Below are positions 10,186-19,384 of a stretch of 59,775 nucleotides of DNA, piece by piece. Positions within the stretch are counted from its first letter, which is position 1. Each line of letters starts with the position of its first letter. Source of the DNA: Bacillales bacterium UBA1744 (lineage in GTDB: Bacteria; Bacillota_I; Bacilli_A; RFN20; CAG-826); contig DCHU01000041.1 in NCBI GenBank assembly GCA_002314915.1, forward strand, positions 1-59,775, in the 5' to 3' direction. The notes under the pieces are model-generated. The model was not told where the DNA came from, did no database searches, and was given only the letters and a program-made list of their open reading frames with translations. The position numbers and the translations under genes were made by a program.

Positions 10186-11985
10186 ATGAGAAAACCTTTA
10201 TTAGTACTTATTTCAACTTCAATTCTCACGTTAACAGGATGCTCTTCTGTATCTTTTGACTTCGGTTTTGTCAGTTCAATGCATCAGCCTTCAACAAGCG
10301 AATCGACATTAGAAACAACATCAGAAATCTCATCCGAAACATCATCAAATGAGGAGTCAAGCGCCGATCATAAGCATGATTACACAATGATTGATTACGC
10401 TCCAAAGTGCGAAGAACAAGGTTATACCTTGTATATTTGCGATATTTGCGGTTATACAAAGAAGGATGATTTCATTGATGCACTTGGGCACGATTGGAGT
10501 GCACTCACGCAAATTAGCGCAGGTGACTGTCAGAATAAATCCCAGTCAAAGCACACATGTTCAAGATGCAACAAAGTCGAGACAGTGGAAGGGGAACTCG
10601 GATCCCATGATTATGAAAGAGTTGATGTAGGACCAACTTGCACTGAAGCTGGTTATCAGGCCAGAAAATGCACAGTCTGCGGAGATGAACTCGACAGAAT
10701 GGAAGGCTCGCCAGCAAGCGGACACACATACGGCGACTGGATTGTCACCGAATACCCAACAACGACAAAAGAGGGATCTCATTATAAAGTTTGCTCAACA
10801 TGCGGCGATAAGCAAGTTGAGGCAATGCCTGTTTTAGAAGAGGAAACACCAGATTATGATTCGATGCAAACAATCGAATTGAACAGCGAGAATTCAAGCT
10901 CCCTTCCAACTCAGTACAAAGATGGAAACTATGCGCAGACATACATCGGTTCCATATCATATAAGCAGTATCGTACATACGGATTATCTGCATCATCTAA
11001 GTTTATTAAACTTATATCCGCGGATTTCACCTCATATGTCAATCTTCCTGAAGCGCAGTTAGGCGGCACATTCTCGAATAGTACACCTATTAAAGGCATC
11101 AAGAAAATAGAGATGAGTTATTCGACTACAGCAGACGCAAAAATCTACTACGGAAGTTCAATAAATCTCACCAATTACGTCAATGTCAGTTCTTCAAAGA
11201 GCACGGGTACATTTGAATTCGGTGAAAACGACATCAATTACTTCAGAATCACGTCTGGAACAGCTGACGTTTCAATCGACTCAATCAAGATTTATTATCT
11301 CGATAGCGGAACAGTGGATAGCGGTGCATACGGTTCTTGCGGGCAAGGCTTATGGAGACTCAATCCTAAAACCGTTTCAGGAACACCTGAGAACGGTGAT
11401 ACCGTTGAATGTCCAATCAAAGCAACCAAGAGTGGTAGCACATATACTGTTCAGGAAAAGAAGACATACACATATTACACATACGAATATATCGTTGAGC
11501 ACCCTGAATTATCCGGTGCAGCATCTTGGATTGATCCAATTGATGTCGCAAACTATTTCTGCTCATTCAAAACATATCCTGCAAACTATGTTTCTAAGTC
11601 AAATTTCTTGACCGCAAAAGAGTATTTTGGAGATAGCACACGCTGCGTGTCTCAGTACAGCAGAACAAACGGATATGCTCAGGCAGTTCCTTATAAAGGA
11701 ACACCTACATATTATGAGTGTGATATTGCACTTAATTCCTCGTATTCTCAAAACAACAGAAGTGTTGGAAGAGTCATCGCTTGGGCAACAGGTTTCGATT
11801 CATCAAAAGGCGCAACGGGATATGACACAAACCCTGTATGTGTATTCACCGATGATCACTATTCGACATTCCAGGAGTACTACAACAACGGAACTTGGGG
11901 TAGAAGATACAACGCAATCTATAGCGATTCGGTAGGTCAGACAATGGTCACGAATTACGTTTACGGAGCTCCAACAACACTATAA
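10186..11985 (+). CDS. Multidomain lipoprotein: S/T/E-rich linker, Cys-rich repeat modules, unknown beta-rich middle domain, C-terminal barnase-like (N1/T1/barnase family) ribonuclease domain
   Basis: Lipobox LTLTGC. Repeats of the form H-x-Y..P.C.E.GY..C..CG..GH.W. C-terminal VANYFCSFKTYPANYVSKS, YYECDI, RSVGRVI and TDDHYSTFQEY match the barnase catalytic framework (see finding). Confidence 0.7.
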   Translation: MRKPLLVLISTSILTLTGCSSVSFDFGFVSSMHQPSTSESTLETTSEISSETSSNEESSADHKHDYTMIDYAPKCEEQGYTLYICDICGYTKKDDFIDALGHDWSALTQISAGDCQNKSQSKHTCSRCNKVETVEGELGSHDYERVDVGPTCTEAGYQARKCTVCGDELDRMEGSPASGHTYGDWIVTEYPTTTKEGSHYKVCSTCGDKQVEAMPVLEEETPDYDSMQTIELNSENSSSLPTQYKDGNYAQTYIGSISYKQYRTYGLSASSKFIKLISADFTSYVNLPEAQLGGTFSNSTPIKGIKKIEMSYSTTADAKIYYGSSINLTNYVNVSSSKSTGTFEFGENDINYFRITSGTADVSIDSIKIYYLDSGTVDSGAYGSCGQGLWRLNPKTVSGTPENGDTVECPIKATKSGSTYTVQEKKTYTYYTYEYIVEHPELSGAASWIDPIDVANYFCSFKTYPANYVSKSNFLTAKEYFGDSTRCVSQYSRTNGYAQAVPYKGTPTYYECDIALNSSYSQNNRSVGRVIAWATGFDSSKGATGYDTNPVCVFTDDHYSTFQEYYNNGTWGRRYNAIYSDSVGQTMVTNYVYGAPTTL

Positions 11986-11990
11986 AAAAC

Positions 11991-12019
11991 AGGTCAGTTC
12001 AAAACTGGCCTTTCTTTTT
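11991..12019 (+). terminator. Rho-independent terminator after the RNase lipoprotein gene
   Basis: AGGTCAGTT / AACTGGCCT stem (one G-U pair) followed by TTTCTTTTT. Confidence 0.75.
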
Positions 12020-12039
12020 ACTAGTAAATAGAAATAGTT

Positions 12040-12240
12040 GTGCTAAACTTTATCGCGGTCGAAGTCTAGTCCACTTACAGCGAGGGCCTCATGATGGAAA
12101 AGCCTAGTGGACGCGCTAACTTCGGAAAAAGCCAGCGGGTAATGCCGCCGCAGTTCTGCGTTATAGAGCGAATTAAGAGCACCTAGTGAAGAAGGATGGT
12201 ACCGCGCTAAAGCGTTCCTTCAGTTGAAGGTGTTTTATTT
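12040..12240 (+). promoter_or_regulatory. T-box leader (tRNA-Ala sensing) upstream of alaS
   Basis: Conserved T-box sequence AAGGAUGGUACCGCG at 12192-12206. Stem-I-like CAGCGAGGG...GAUGGAAAAGCC. Candidate specifier GCU followed by A at 12115-12118. Short hairpin CCTTC/GAAGG at about 12217-12230 followed by a U-run at 12232-12244. Confidence 0.7.
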
Positions 12241-12256
12241 TTTTAGGAGGTTTCCA

Positions 12257-14851
12257 ATGAGAAAACTTACAGGAGAGCAGATCAGAGAAACTTGGATTAA
12301 GTTCTTTGAGAAGAGAGGCCATCAGTGGCTCCCAGGCGTTTCCCTCGTCCCACAGGGCGACAAATCTTTGTTATGGGTTAACGCAGGCGTCACAGGTTTG
12401 AAGAAGTATTTTGATGGCACAGAGATTCCGCCAAACAGAAGAATCGTCAACATTCAGAAATCAATCAGAACCAACGACATCGAGAACGTTGGACATACAG
12501 CTAGACATCACACATTTTTCGAGATGTTAGGCAACTTCTCAATCGGTGATTACTTCAGAAACGAAGTCATCCCATGGGCAGTCGAAATCCTTACCACTCC
12601 AGAGGGATACGACATTCCAAAAGAGAAACTTTATATTACATATAACCCAGCAGATACAGCATCATTAGAGCTTTGGATCAAGTGCGGCATGTTAGAGAGC
12701 CATATGATTCCATTAGAGGGAAACTTCTGGGAAATCGGCGAAGGTCCATGCGGTCCTGACACCGAAATCTTCTTCGATAGAGGAGAAGAATATGACCCAC
12801 AGCACTTAGGCGAGAGATTGCTACGTGAAGATATGGAAAACGACAGATACATCGAGATCTGGAACATCGTCTTCTCACAGTATAACTCAGTCGCTGGAGT
12901 CGGTAGAAAAGACTATAAGGAACTCCCAAGCAAGAACATCGATACCGGTTCAGGCTTAGAGAGAATCGCATGTATCCTCCAGGGAACACCAACCAACTTC
13001 GAAACAGACTTCTTCATGCCAATCATCAGAAAAGCAGAAGAGATCTCCGGCGTTAAGTATGGCGAGCCAAACCTCATGCCATTCAGAGTCATTGCAGACC
13101 ACGCAAGATGCTTAACATTCGCACTTAGCGATGGTGCTACATTCTCAAACGAAGGCCGTGGTTACGTCTTAAGACGTATCATCAGACGTGCTATGCGTTA
13201 TGGCCAGAAGATTGGAATCAAGCGTGCATTCATGTATGAGATGGTTGACATCATCGTTGAAAACTACAAGTCATTCTATCCATACCTCGTCGAGAAGGCA
13301 GCAGAAGTCAAAGAAGACATCAGATTAGAAGAAGAGAGATTCTTAACAACCCTCGTCTCAGGAGAAGCACTCTTGAGAGACATGATGGTCGGAAAGAAAG
13401 AACTCTCAGGCGAAGAAGTCTTCAAGCTTTATGACACATATGGCTTCCCAGCAGACGTCACAAAAGAAATCGCTGAAGAAAACGGACTCACAATCGACAT
13501 GGAAGGCTTCAAGGCTGAAATGGAGAAACAGAGAGAAAGAGCAAGATCAGCACGTGGCGAAATCGAATCATTCCACAAGCAGTCAAAGGATTTAATGGCA
13601 TTCAAGGATGAATCAACATTCCATTATGACGAGCCATTAACCGGATATAAGACAACAGTTATCGGAGTATTCAAAGATGGCGAAAAAGTTGAATCAATCA
13701 ATGATGAAGGTGACCTTATCCTCAAGGATACAATCTTCTACGCAGAGATGGGTGGACAGGTTGCAGACACAGGTGTCATCGCAAATTCAGTCGTAACAAC
13801 AGTCTCAAAAGCTCCACACGGACAGCACTTACATCACGTCAAGGTCAGCAGCGGAGAAATCAAGACAGGTGACGAAGTCGTCATCTCAGTTGATTCCGAG
13901 AGAAGACACAAGATTGAGAAGAACCACTCAGCAACACACATCCTCCACGCAGCGCTTAACGAAGTGCTCGGTGGACACGCAACACAAGCTGGTTCATATG
14001 TTGATGATGAGTATTTGAGATTCGACTATCAGACAAAAACTAAGACATCTAAAGATGACTTAGAGAAGATTGAAGCAATGGTCAACGCAAAGATCGAGGC
14101 ATCAATCCCAGAAGTCACAGAAGAATTGCCAATCGAAGAGGCTAAGAAATTAGGCGCTGAGATGACATTCACAGATAAGTATGGTGATGTTGTCAGAGTC
14201 GTCGAATTCGGAGAGTTCTCCAGAGAATTCTGTGGTGGTACACACGTTAAGAACTCAGGCGATATCGGCATGTTCGTCCTCGTGAGCGATGAATCAGTCG
14301 CTTCAGGCGTCAGACGTATCACAGGTTTAACAGGTACCGCAGCATACAAGTACATGAAGGAGAAGATCGCTCTCCTCAATACAGTTGAAGCAAAATTAGG
14401 CGCTTCAGATGTTGACATAGTCAAACATATTGACTTAACACTTGAAGAAGTTGCTTCACTCAAGGCTGAGAACAGTGAATTAAAAGCAAAAGTTGCAGCA
14501 GCAGACGCAAAGAAATTAGCTGACTCAATCCAATCAGTTAATGGCGTTGACTATGCATTAATCGTCAAAGAAGGCGCTAATAGAGACGAGTTAACAACTC
14601 TTGGCGACACACTCAAGGCAAATAGAGACAACTATCTCTTCGTACTTGTCGGTGGCGCTAACGGCGCTCACCCAGTAATCGTCTTCACAAAAGGCGCAGC
14701 AACAGCTAAGGCAAAAGCAGGCGATGTTGTTAAGAAACTCGCTTCAGTCTTAGGCGGTGGCGGTGGTGGCCGTCCAGAGATGGCATCAGGCTCACTCAAG
14801 TCCATCGCAAACATCGAGTCCGCAATCGCAGACATCAAGGCATTGCTTTAA
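12257..14851 (+). CDS. alaS: Alanine--tRNA ligase
   Basis: ATG at 12257, 7 nt after the AGGAGG RBS (12245-12250). The TTG at 12224 lies inside the T-box terminator. Class II AlaRS motifs, editing-domain HSATH, C-terminal DHHA1-like GGGGGRPEMA. Confidence 0.95.
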   Translation: MRKLTGEQIRETWIKFFEKRGHQWLPGVSLVPQGDKSLLWVNAGVTGLKKYFDGTEIPPNRRIVNIQKSIRTNDIENVGHTARHHTFFEMLGNFSIGDYFRNEVIPWAVEILTTPEGYDIPKEKLYITYNPADTASLELWIKCGMLESHMIPLEGNFWEIGEGPCGPDTEIFFDRGEEYDPQHLGERLLREDMENDRYIEIWNIVFSQYNSVAGVGRKDYKELPSKNIDTGSGLERIACILQGTPTNFETDFFMPIIRKAEEISGVKYGEPNLMPFRVIADHARCLTFALSDGATFSNEGRGYVLRRIIRRAMRYGQKIGIKRAFMYEMVDIIVENYKSFYPYLVEKAAEVKEDIRLEEERFLTTLVSGEALLRDMMVGKKELSGEEVFKLYDTYGFPADVTKEIAEENGLTIDMEGFKAEMEKQRERARSARGEIESFHKQSKDLMAFKDESTFHYDEPLTGYKTTVIGVFKDGEKVESINDEGDLILKDTIFYAEMGGQVADTGVIANSVVTTVSKAPHGQHLHHVKVSSGEIKTGDEVVISVDSERRHKIEKNHSATHILHAALNEVLGGHATQAGSYVDDEYLRFDYQTKTKTSKDDLEKIEAMVNAKIEASIPEVTEELPIEEAKKLGAEMTFTDKYGDVVRVVEFGEFSREFCGGTHVKNSGDIGMFVLVSDESVASGVRRITGLTGTAAYKYMKEKIALLNTVEAKLGASDVDIVKHIDLTLEEVASLKAENSELKAKVAAADAKKLADSIQSVNGVDYALIVKEGANRDELTTLGDTLKANRDNYLFVLVGGANGAHPVIVFTKGAATAKAKAGDVVKKLASVLGGGGGGRPEMASGSLKSIANIESAIADIKALL

Positions 14852-14862
14852 GGAGGTTCCAT

Positions 14863-15126
14863 ATGATCGAAATCACAGACAACAGCATTGTCATCACTCG
14901 TGAAGACGGGGTTGAGGACACATGGAAAATCCTCTTCTATTACCATAACGACGAAAGAGCAAAAGATTACTACTTCATCTACAAAGATGAGGATGAGGAT
15001 TCAATCATCGTTATGGCATCAAGCGACGGCGAAACCCTCGAAGAATGCTCCGAAGAAGAGCTCGCAGAGGCGGAGCAGGTCCTTGAAGCATATGAAGAAG
15101 ACCCAAAAATCGGGGAAATTAAATAG
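14863..15126 (+). CDS. DUF1292 family small acidic protein (YrzB-like)
   Basis: 87 aa, acidic. The position after alaS matches Bacillus-type synteny. RBS AGGAGG at 14852. Confidence 0.7.
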   Translation: MIEITDNSIVITREDGVEDTWKILFYYHNDERAKDYYFIYKDEDEDSIIVMASSDGETLEECSEEELAEAEQVLEAYEEDPKIGEIK

Positions 15127-15134
15127 TCTTTCAC

Positions 15135-15163
15135 TTGTGAACAGACATAAATCCCCATATAAT
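15135..15163 (+). promoter_or_regulatory. Candidate sigma-A promoter for greA
   Basis: TTGTGA (15135-15140), 17-nt spacer, TATAAT (15158-15163). Confidence 0.4.
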
Positions 15164-15192
15164 CTAGCGTTGATAGCAAAGGAGTAACAACC

Positions 15193-15666
15193 ATGGCAGA
15201 TGAAAAAATTGAGATGACAAAAGAAGAGTATGCTGAATTAGACAAGCGTTACCGTCATTTGTTAGATGAAGAAAGACCAGCAATCATCGAAGCGTTACAG
15301 GCAGCTCGTGCACAGGGCGACTTATCAGAAAACGCTGACTATGATGCAGCAAGAAATAGACAGGCAGAAATCGAAGCAGAGATCACCCGCATCGAAGGAA
15401 TCAAGGACCACATCGTTGTCGTTGAGTCAAAAGGTGACAAGATCAACGTCGGTTTCACAGTCGAATACGTCGAAGTCGCAACAGGAAAGGCTATGAAGAT
15501 CAAGATGGTCTCAACAGTCTTAGCAAATCCTCTTGCAAACCCACCAGCAATCTCTCAGGAATCCGCTGTTGGAAAAGCACTTCTTGGACACGTCGCAGGC
15601 GATATCGTCACAGTCGAAGCTCCAAAGAAGAAATACGACATCAAGATCGTTGCTTGCAAGGCTTAA
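15193..15666 (+). CDS. greA: Transcription elongation factor GreA
   Basis: N-terminal coiled coil with DLSENADYDAAR motif, 157 aa. RBS AAAGGAG upstream. Confidence 0.92.
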   Translation: MADEKIEMTKEEYAELDKRYRHLLDEERPAIIEALQAARAQGDLSENADYDAARNRQAEIEAEITRIEGIKDHIVVVESKGDKINVGFTVEYVEVATGKAMKIKMVSTVLANPLANPPAISQESAVGKALLGHVAGDIVTVEAPKKKYDIKIVACKA

Positions 15667-15682
15667 GAAAACTTCAAAAATT

Positions 15683-15708
15683 AGCCTCCTTAAGGAGGCT
15701 TTTTTCTT
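15683..15708 (+). terminator. Rho-independent terminator after greA
   Basis: AGCCTCC-TTAA-GGAGGCT hairpin followed by TTTTTTC. Confidence 0.85.
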
Positions 15709-15769
15709 TGTCAAAATTCGCAGGGAAAAAATCTCAATTTCTCCTCTAGTAATTAGTAGGAGGATTTTT

Positions 15770-16324
15770 ATGTATAAAGTAATAATCGTAGTGGTCGTCC
15801 TAACTTTGGTGTTCATCATCGCCTTCTCAGGAGTGGAGGCCGTATCGAACATGATTGTGGACGGAACCGCAAACACAACAAGCTACGTCACAACGACAGA
15901 CCCAACAACCGTTCAGGTAACATTGACCGGCGAAGTGACGAGAACTGGGACCTACACAGTCAAGATAGGATCAACCTTAGGAGATGTCCTTGAGGGAGCG
16001 GGCGGAATAACTGCAAACGGGGATGAAAGGTGTTTCGTTTCCACCCTTGAGATCACCGCTAAAAACGCGTTCTACATCCCGCCTATCTATGATAATGAGG
16101 ATACGTGCACGATGGATCCGATTGAGAAGGTGTGCATCAACTCAGCCACTCAAAGCCAATTGCAGGAGTTGTCCGCGTTCTCCGTTACCGTTAGCGGGGC
16201 AATAGTGAACTACAGAAGTTCTAACGGCGACTTCCAGCAACTCGAGGATCTTAAGAACGTTCCAGGTATTGGCTCAGCCACATTTGAAAAGTGCAAAAAC
16301 TTCGTGACGCTTTACGAGGTATAG
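15770..16324 (+). CDS. comEA: Competence protein ComEA (membrane-anchored DNA receptor)
   Basis: ATG at 15770 after the AGGAGG RBS (15759-15764). N-terminal TM helix, SLBB-like VTLTGEVTRTGTYTV, C-terminal helix-hairpin-helix LKNVPGIGSATFEK. The upstream part of ORF 15533 overlaps greA and its terminator and is not coding. Confidence 0.8.
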   Translation: MYKVIIVVVVLTLVFIIAFSGVEAVSNMIVDGTANTTSYVTTTDPTTVQVTLTGEVTRTGTYTVKIGSTLGDVLEGAGGITANGDERCFVSTLEITAKNAFYIPPIYDNEDTCTMDPIEKVCINSATQSQLQELSAFSVTVSGAIVNYRSSNGDFQQLEDLKNVPGIGSATFEKCKNFVTLYEV

Positions 16325-18381
16325 CCATACCAAAAAGAGCCTTAACGTTCGCTCTAGCCGGTTTAGTCATCGGAATCTCATTCTCATATTATTTAAAGAC
16401 GTTAAGCCTTCTAATCGTCTTGTTTTCGTTATGCGTAGGTGCATTATGCGCGCTTAAGCGAAGCAAAAGGCTATTAGGGGTATATGCAGTATTCCTGATA
16501 ATTGGCTTTTCTTATCATTCGCTAGGTAAACTCAGAAAGCCATTGGAGGGAAACCAAACATTTACGGGGTATGTGATGGAGTCCAAGAACAATTACTTTT
16601 TGTTTAAATCTAATGGCGTTTCTTATTACGTTTATGAGAAATCTAGCGAGCGTGAAATAGGGGATTGGCTCAGAATTGAAGGATATTGCTCAAAATATGT
16701 GGCGACAGAATATGAGTCATACTTCTCGATGACCGAATACCTTAACAAAAAAGGCGTTACGCACAAGATAAGTGCGAAGACGATCAACGTTACATTCAAG
16801 ATGCCTTTGCGCCTTAGAACCAAGGAATTGAGGTTCTTGAGTTATTTCGATAAAGAGACTGCAGGACTGATTGATTCTCTCCTCTTTGATCATAGGGATT
16901 ATTCTCTAAATAGCATCAGTCTCGCAAGTGAGGTTGGAGTATTGTATTTCTTATCTGCTTCAGGGTTAATTTACACGATGGTACTCAACGGCTTTGAGAA
17001 ACTTGTTTTCTTAAAGTTAGATGAAAAGAAAAGCAAGATATTTACTCAATTATTTGGTACCTTTTTCTTACCGTTCTTAATACTCAAACCAGGTGTTGTA
17101 AGAGTGTATCTTACAAGGCTTCTAAGGTGTTTTGTAATCCACTCAAAAGAAGACTACAAACCCGACCATATCACATGCGTTTCAGGCGTTGCTTTAGTCA
17201 TGGTTTTCGCTGTACCTAGTCTAGCTTTAGCCTCGGGTTTTCTCGTCTCTATTCTTATATCAATAGGCATGCAGCTTTTAAGAGGGAGGCTATCTGAATT
17301 CAAGAAGGCCAAGAAGAGGGTAATAGGGGTGATATGCGCTTTTACATTCGTGTTTCCGATGCTTGTTAGCGGCAATTCTTTTCATCTTTTGTCGCTCCTT
17401 TATTCAACGATAGCAATACCGATTGTCTATCCGTTTTACTTATTATCTTGGGTTTCTTTTATTACAGTCCCTTTCAAAAGCGTGCTCGGCTTATATGGTT
17501 CAGGAATCAGCAGTTTCTTATCTTTGATGGATAAGATGGATGTTCAAATACCATTAGGCCATTGGACATCGTTTACAGCGTGCGGGTATTACTCATTTGT
17601 ATTAGGTTGGTATTACTTTAGAGATAATGGATTATCACATTTTAAGAGGTATTGCATGGCTTCAGTGTTATTGATGCTAGTTATCAACCCTCTCCCAATC
17701 GATATACCAATCAGCGAAGAAGTGTCTTTCATTAATGTGGGTCAGGGTGACTCCATTCTTGTTAGATCAAAGAACAAAGTGGTGCTCATCGACACGGGAG
17801 GAAATACCTCTTTTGACATAGCGTCTAACGTCCTGATTCCATATCTTAGAAAGAAGAGAATCTATCATATTGATTATCTAATAGGAACGCATGATGATGC
17901 AGATCACATAGGTGGAAAGAGTAGCCTAATGAGTAAATATAAGGTAAAGAATTATATCGATAGTAACGATAGTTTTCCAATTTCCATCGGAAATATAAGA
18001 TTAGATAATCTCAATATTTATAGCGATGAATGGGATGAAGAAAATGACACAAGTTTGGTGCTGTACACAGAGTTCATGAACAAGAAATGGCTCTTCACAG
18101 GAGACGCTTCTCAAAAGATAGAGAAACTCATAATCAGAGATAACCCAAACCTCGATTGCGATATTTTGAAAGTGGGGCATCATGGCTCTAAAACATCTTC
18201 CTCCGACATCTTCATCAAAACCATAACACCTGAAGTAGGAATCATTTCAGTTGGGGCAAACAACAAGTATGGCCACCCAAACGATGAGGCCATTAACACC
18301 TTACTCAAATACGACGTATCAATTAGGAGAACCGACTTAGAAGGAACAATTACTTACAAGAGATACGTTTCCCCTCTCTAA
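16291..18381 (+). CDS. comEC: DNA internalization channel ComEC/Rec2 with C-terminal metallo-beta-lactamase domain
   Basis: Polytopic membrane core. MBL motifs INVGQGDS, HDDADHIGG, VGHHGS. GTG start overlaps the comEA 3' end. Confidence 0.85.
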   Translation: MQKLRDALRGIAIPKRALTFALAGLVIGISFSYYLKTLSLLIVLFSLCVGALCALKRSKRLLGVYAVFLIIGFSYHSLGKLRKPLEGNQTFTGYVMESKNNYFLFKSNGVSYYVYEKSSEREIGDWLRIEGYCSKYVATEYESYFSMTEYLNKKGVTHKISAKTINVTFKMPLRLRTKELRFLSYFDKETAGLIDSLLFDHRDYSLNSISLASEVGVLYFLSASGLIYTMVLNGFEKLVFLKLDEKKSKIFTQLFGTFFLPFLILKPGVVRVYLTRLLRCFVIHSKEDYKPDHITCVSGVALVMVFAVPSLALASGFLVSILISIGMQLLRGRLSEFKKAKKRVIGVICAFTFVFPMLVSGNSFHLLSLLYSTIAIPIVYPFYLLSWVSFITVPFKSVLGLYGSGISSFLSLMDKMDVQIPLGHWTSFTACGYYSFVLGWYYFRDNGLSHFKRYCMASVLLMLVINPLPIDIPISEEVSFINVGQGDSILVRSKNKVVLIDTGGNTSFDIASNVLIPYLRKKRIYHIDYLIGTHDDADHIGGKSSLMSKYKVKNYIDSNDSFPISIGNIRLDNLNIYSDEWDEENDTSLVLYTEFMNKKWLFTGDASQKIEKLIIRDNPNLDCDILKVGHHGSKTSSSDIFIKTITPEVGIISVGANNKYGHPNDEAINTLLKYDVSIRRTDLEGTITYKRYVSPL

Positions 18382-18409
18382 ACAGAATTAATCTGTTTAT
18401 AATATACCT

Positions 18410-19384
18410 ATGATTTACGTCGTTTATGCAAGCCAGTCCAAGATGATCAAGGACGGACTCAAAAAACTTTTAGACAAAGAAATCCCAGAACAGGATCCGA
18501 TGAACACCATCTACATGGATATGGGAAATCGCCGTCTTTACGAGTTGTACGACGAGGCTTCATATTTACCACTTGGATATGACAAAAAGGCAGTTGTAGC
18601 CGAGAATTTTTATTACCTAGCGAAAACAAAAACAAAGGCAAAAATCGCTAAGGATGATGATGTTGAAGGAATCACTTCATACTTCGAAAATCCGATGGAT
18701 GAGATTACAGTTTTCATCCTTGTTTATTCAGATACACTTGATGATAAATCGGATATGTATAAGGCCCTTGCTAAAGGTGGCGCTAAGTTCATTCCGGTTT
18801 TACCTTTCACAGATGAGAAATGGGATTCATATATTCCAAAGTACTTTGAAAACAGAGGTGTCGTCATCTATAACGATGCAATTAGTGTCCTCAAAGAAAG
18901 AATCAACGGAGACTATTCAACCTTCATTAATGAGGCAACAAAGCTCATGACATATTGCGTTGATGAACCGATTACTCTTGAGATTGTTGAAAAGCTTGTC
19001 CCAGTACCTCTTGAAGATGACGTCTATTCCTTATCAAACGCTTTGTGCCATGGCGAAATCGGCAAAGCAATCTCTATTTATAGAGATTTAAAGATTAAAT
19101 CAACCGACCCAATCACCTTAATCAGGCTTCTAGCAACCCAATTCAGGTTCCTCAATCAAATCTCTTATCTTAAGGATAGAGGATACTCGATCGATGACAT
19201 GATGAGAGAACTAAACTGCAAATATGGAAGAGTTAAGATGAGCTTAACGAACCTTCGTTACATCGATAGCTATCAGATTGCGGATATCCTCGAAGACTTA
19301 TATAAGTGCGAGCTTGATATCTTCACCGGCAAAATCGACCAGGATATCGCCTTCCAGATGCTCCTGGCGAACTTCAAAGTATGA
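18410..19384 (+). CDS. holA: DNA polymerase III delta subunit
   Basis: About 324 aa. Position directly after comEC and opposite rpsT matches the Bacillus comE-holA-rpsT synteny. Sequence-level support is weaker. Confidence 0.75.
   Translation: MIYVVYASQSKMIKDGLKKLLDKEIPEQDPMNTIYMDMGNRRLYELYDEASYLPLGYDKKAVVAENFYYLAKTKTKAKIAKDDDVEGITSYFENPMDEITVFILVYSDTLDDKSDMYKALAKGGAKFIPVLPFTDEKWDSYIPKYFENRGVVIYNDAISVLKERINGDYSTFINEATKLMTYCVDEPITLEIVEKLVPVPLEDDVYSLSNALCHGEIGKAISIYRDLKIKSTDPITLIRLLATQFRFLNQISYLKDRGYSIDDMMRELNCKYGRVKMSLTNLRYIDSYQIADILEDLYKCELDIFTGKIDQDIAFQMLLANFKV

Noticed and set aside
12224-12256. ORF-track N-terminal extensions of alaS. Similar extensions occur at pdp (6017), the A-T gene (to 22317), secDF (31290), relA (35725), hisS (38013), tkt (41230), xerD (46965) and plsY (57799).
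   Set aside because: These extensions start at alternative codons inside terminators or leaders and lack an RBS. In each case an internal ATG preceded by a GGAGG-type site matches the conserved protein N-terminus.
14863-15126. The small acidic DUF1292 protein as a barstar-like immunity partner for the barnase-like lipoprotein.
   Set aside because: It has no resemblance to the barstar sequence as I recall it. Its position after alaS is conserved in many Firmicutes that lack such an RNase. It is also separated from the RNase gene by a terminator and the T-box/alaS unit.
15533-15769. Upstream extension of the comEA ORF (ORF-track start at 15533).
   Set aside because: It overlaps the greA 3' end and runs through the greA terminator. 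The ATG at 15770 has a proper AGGAGG RBS and begins the membrane anchor.
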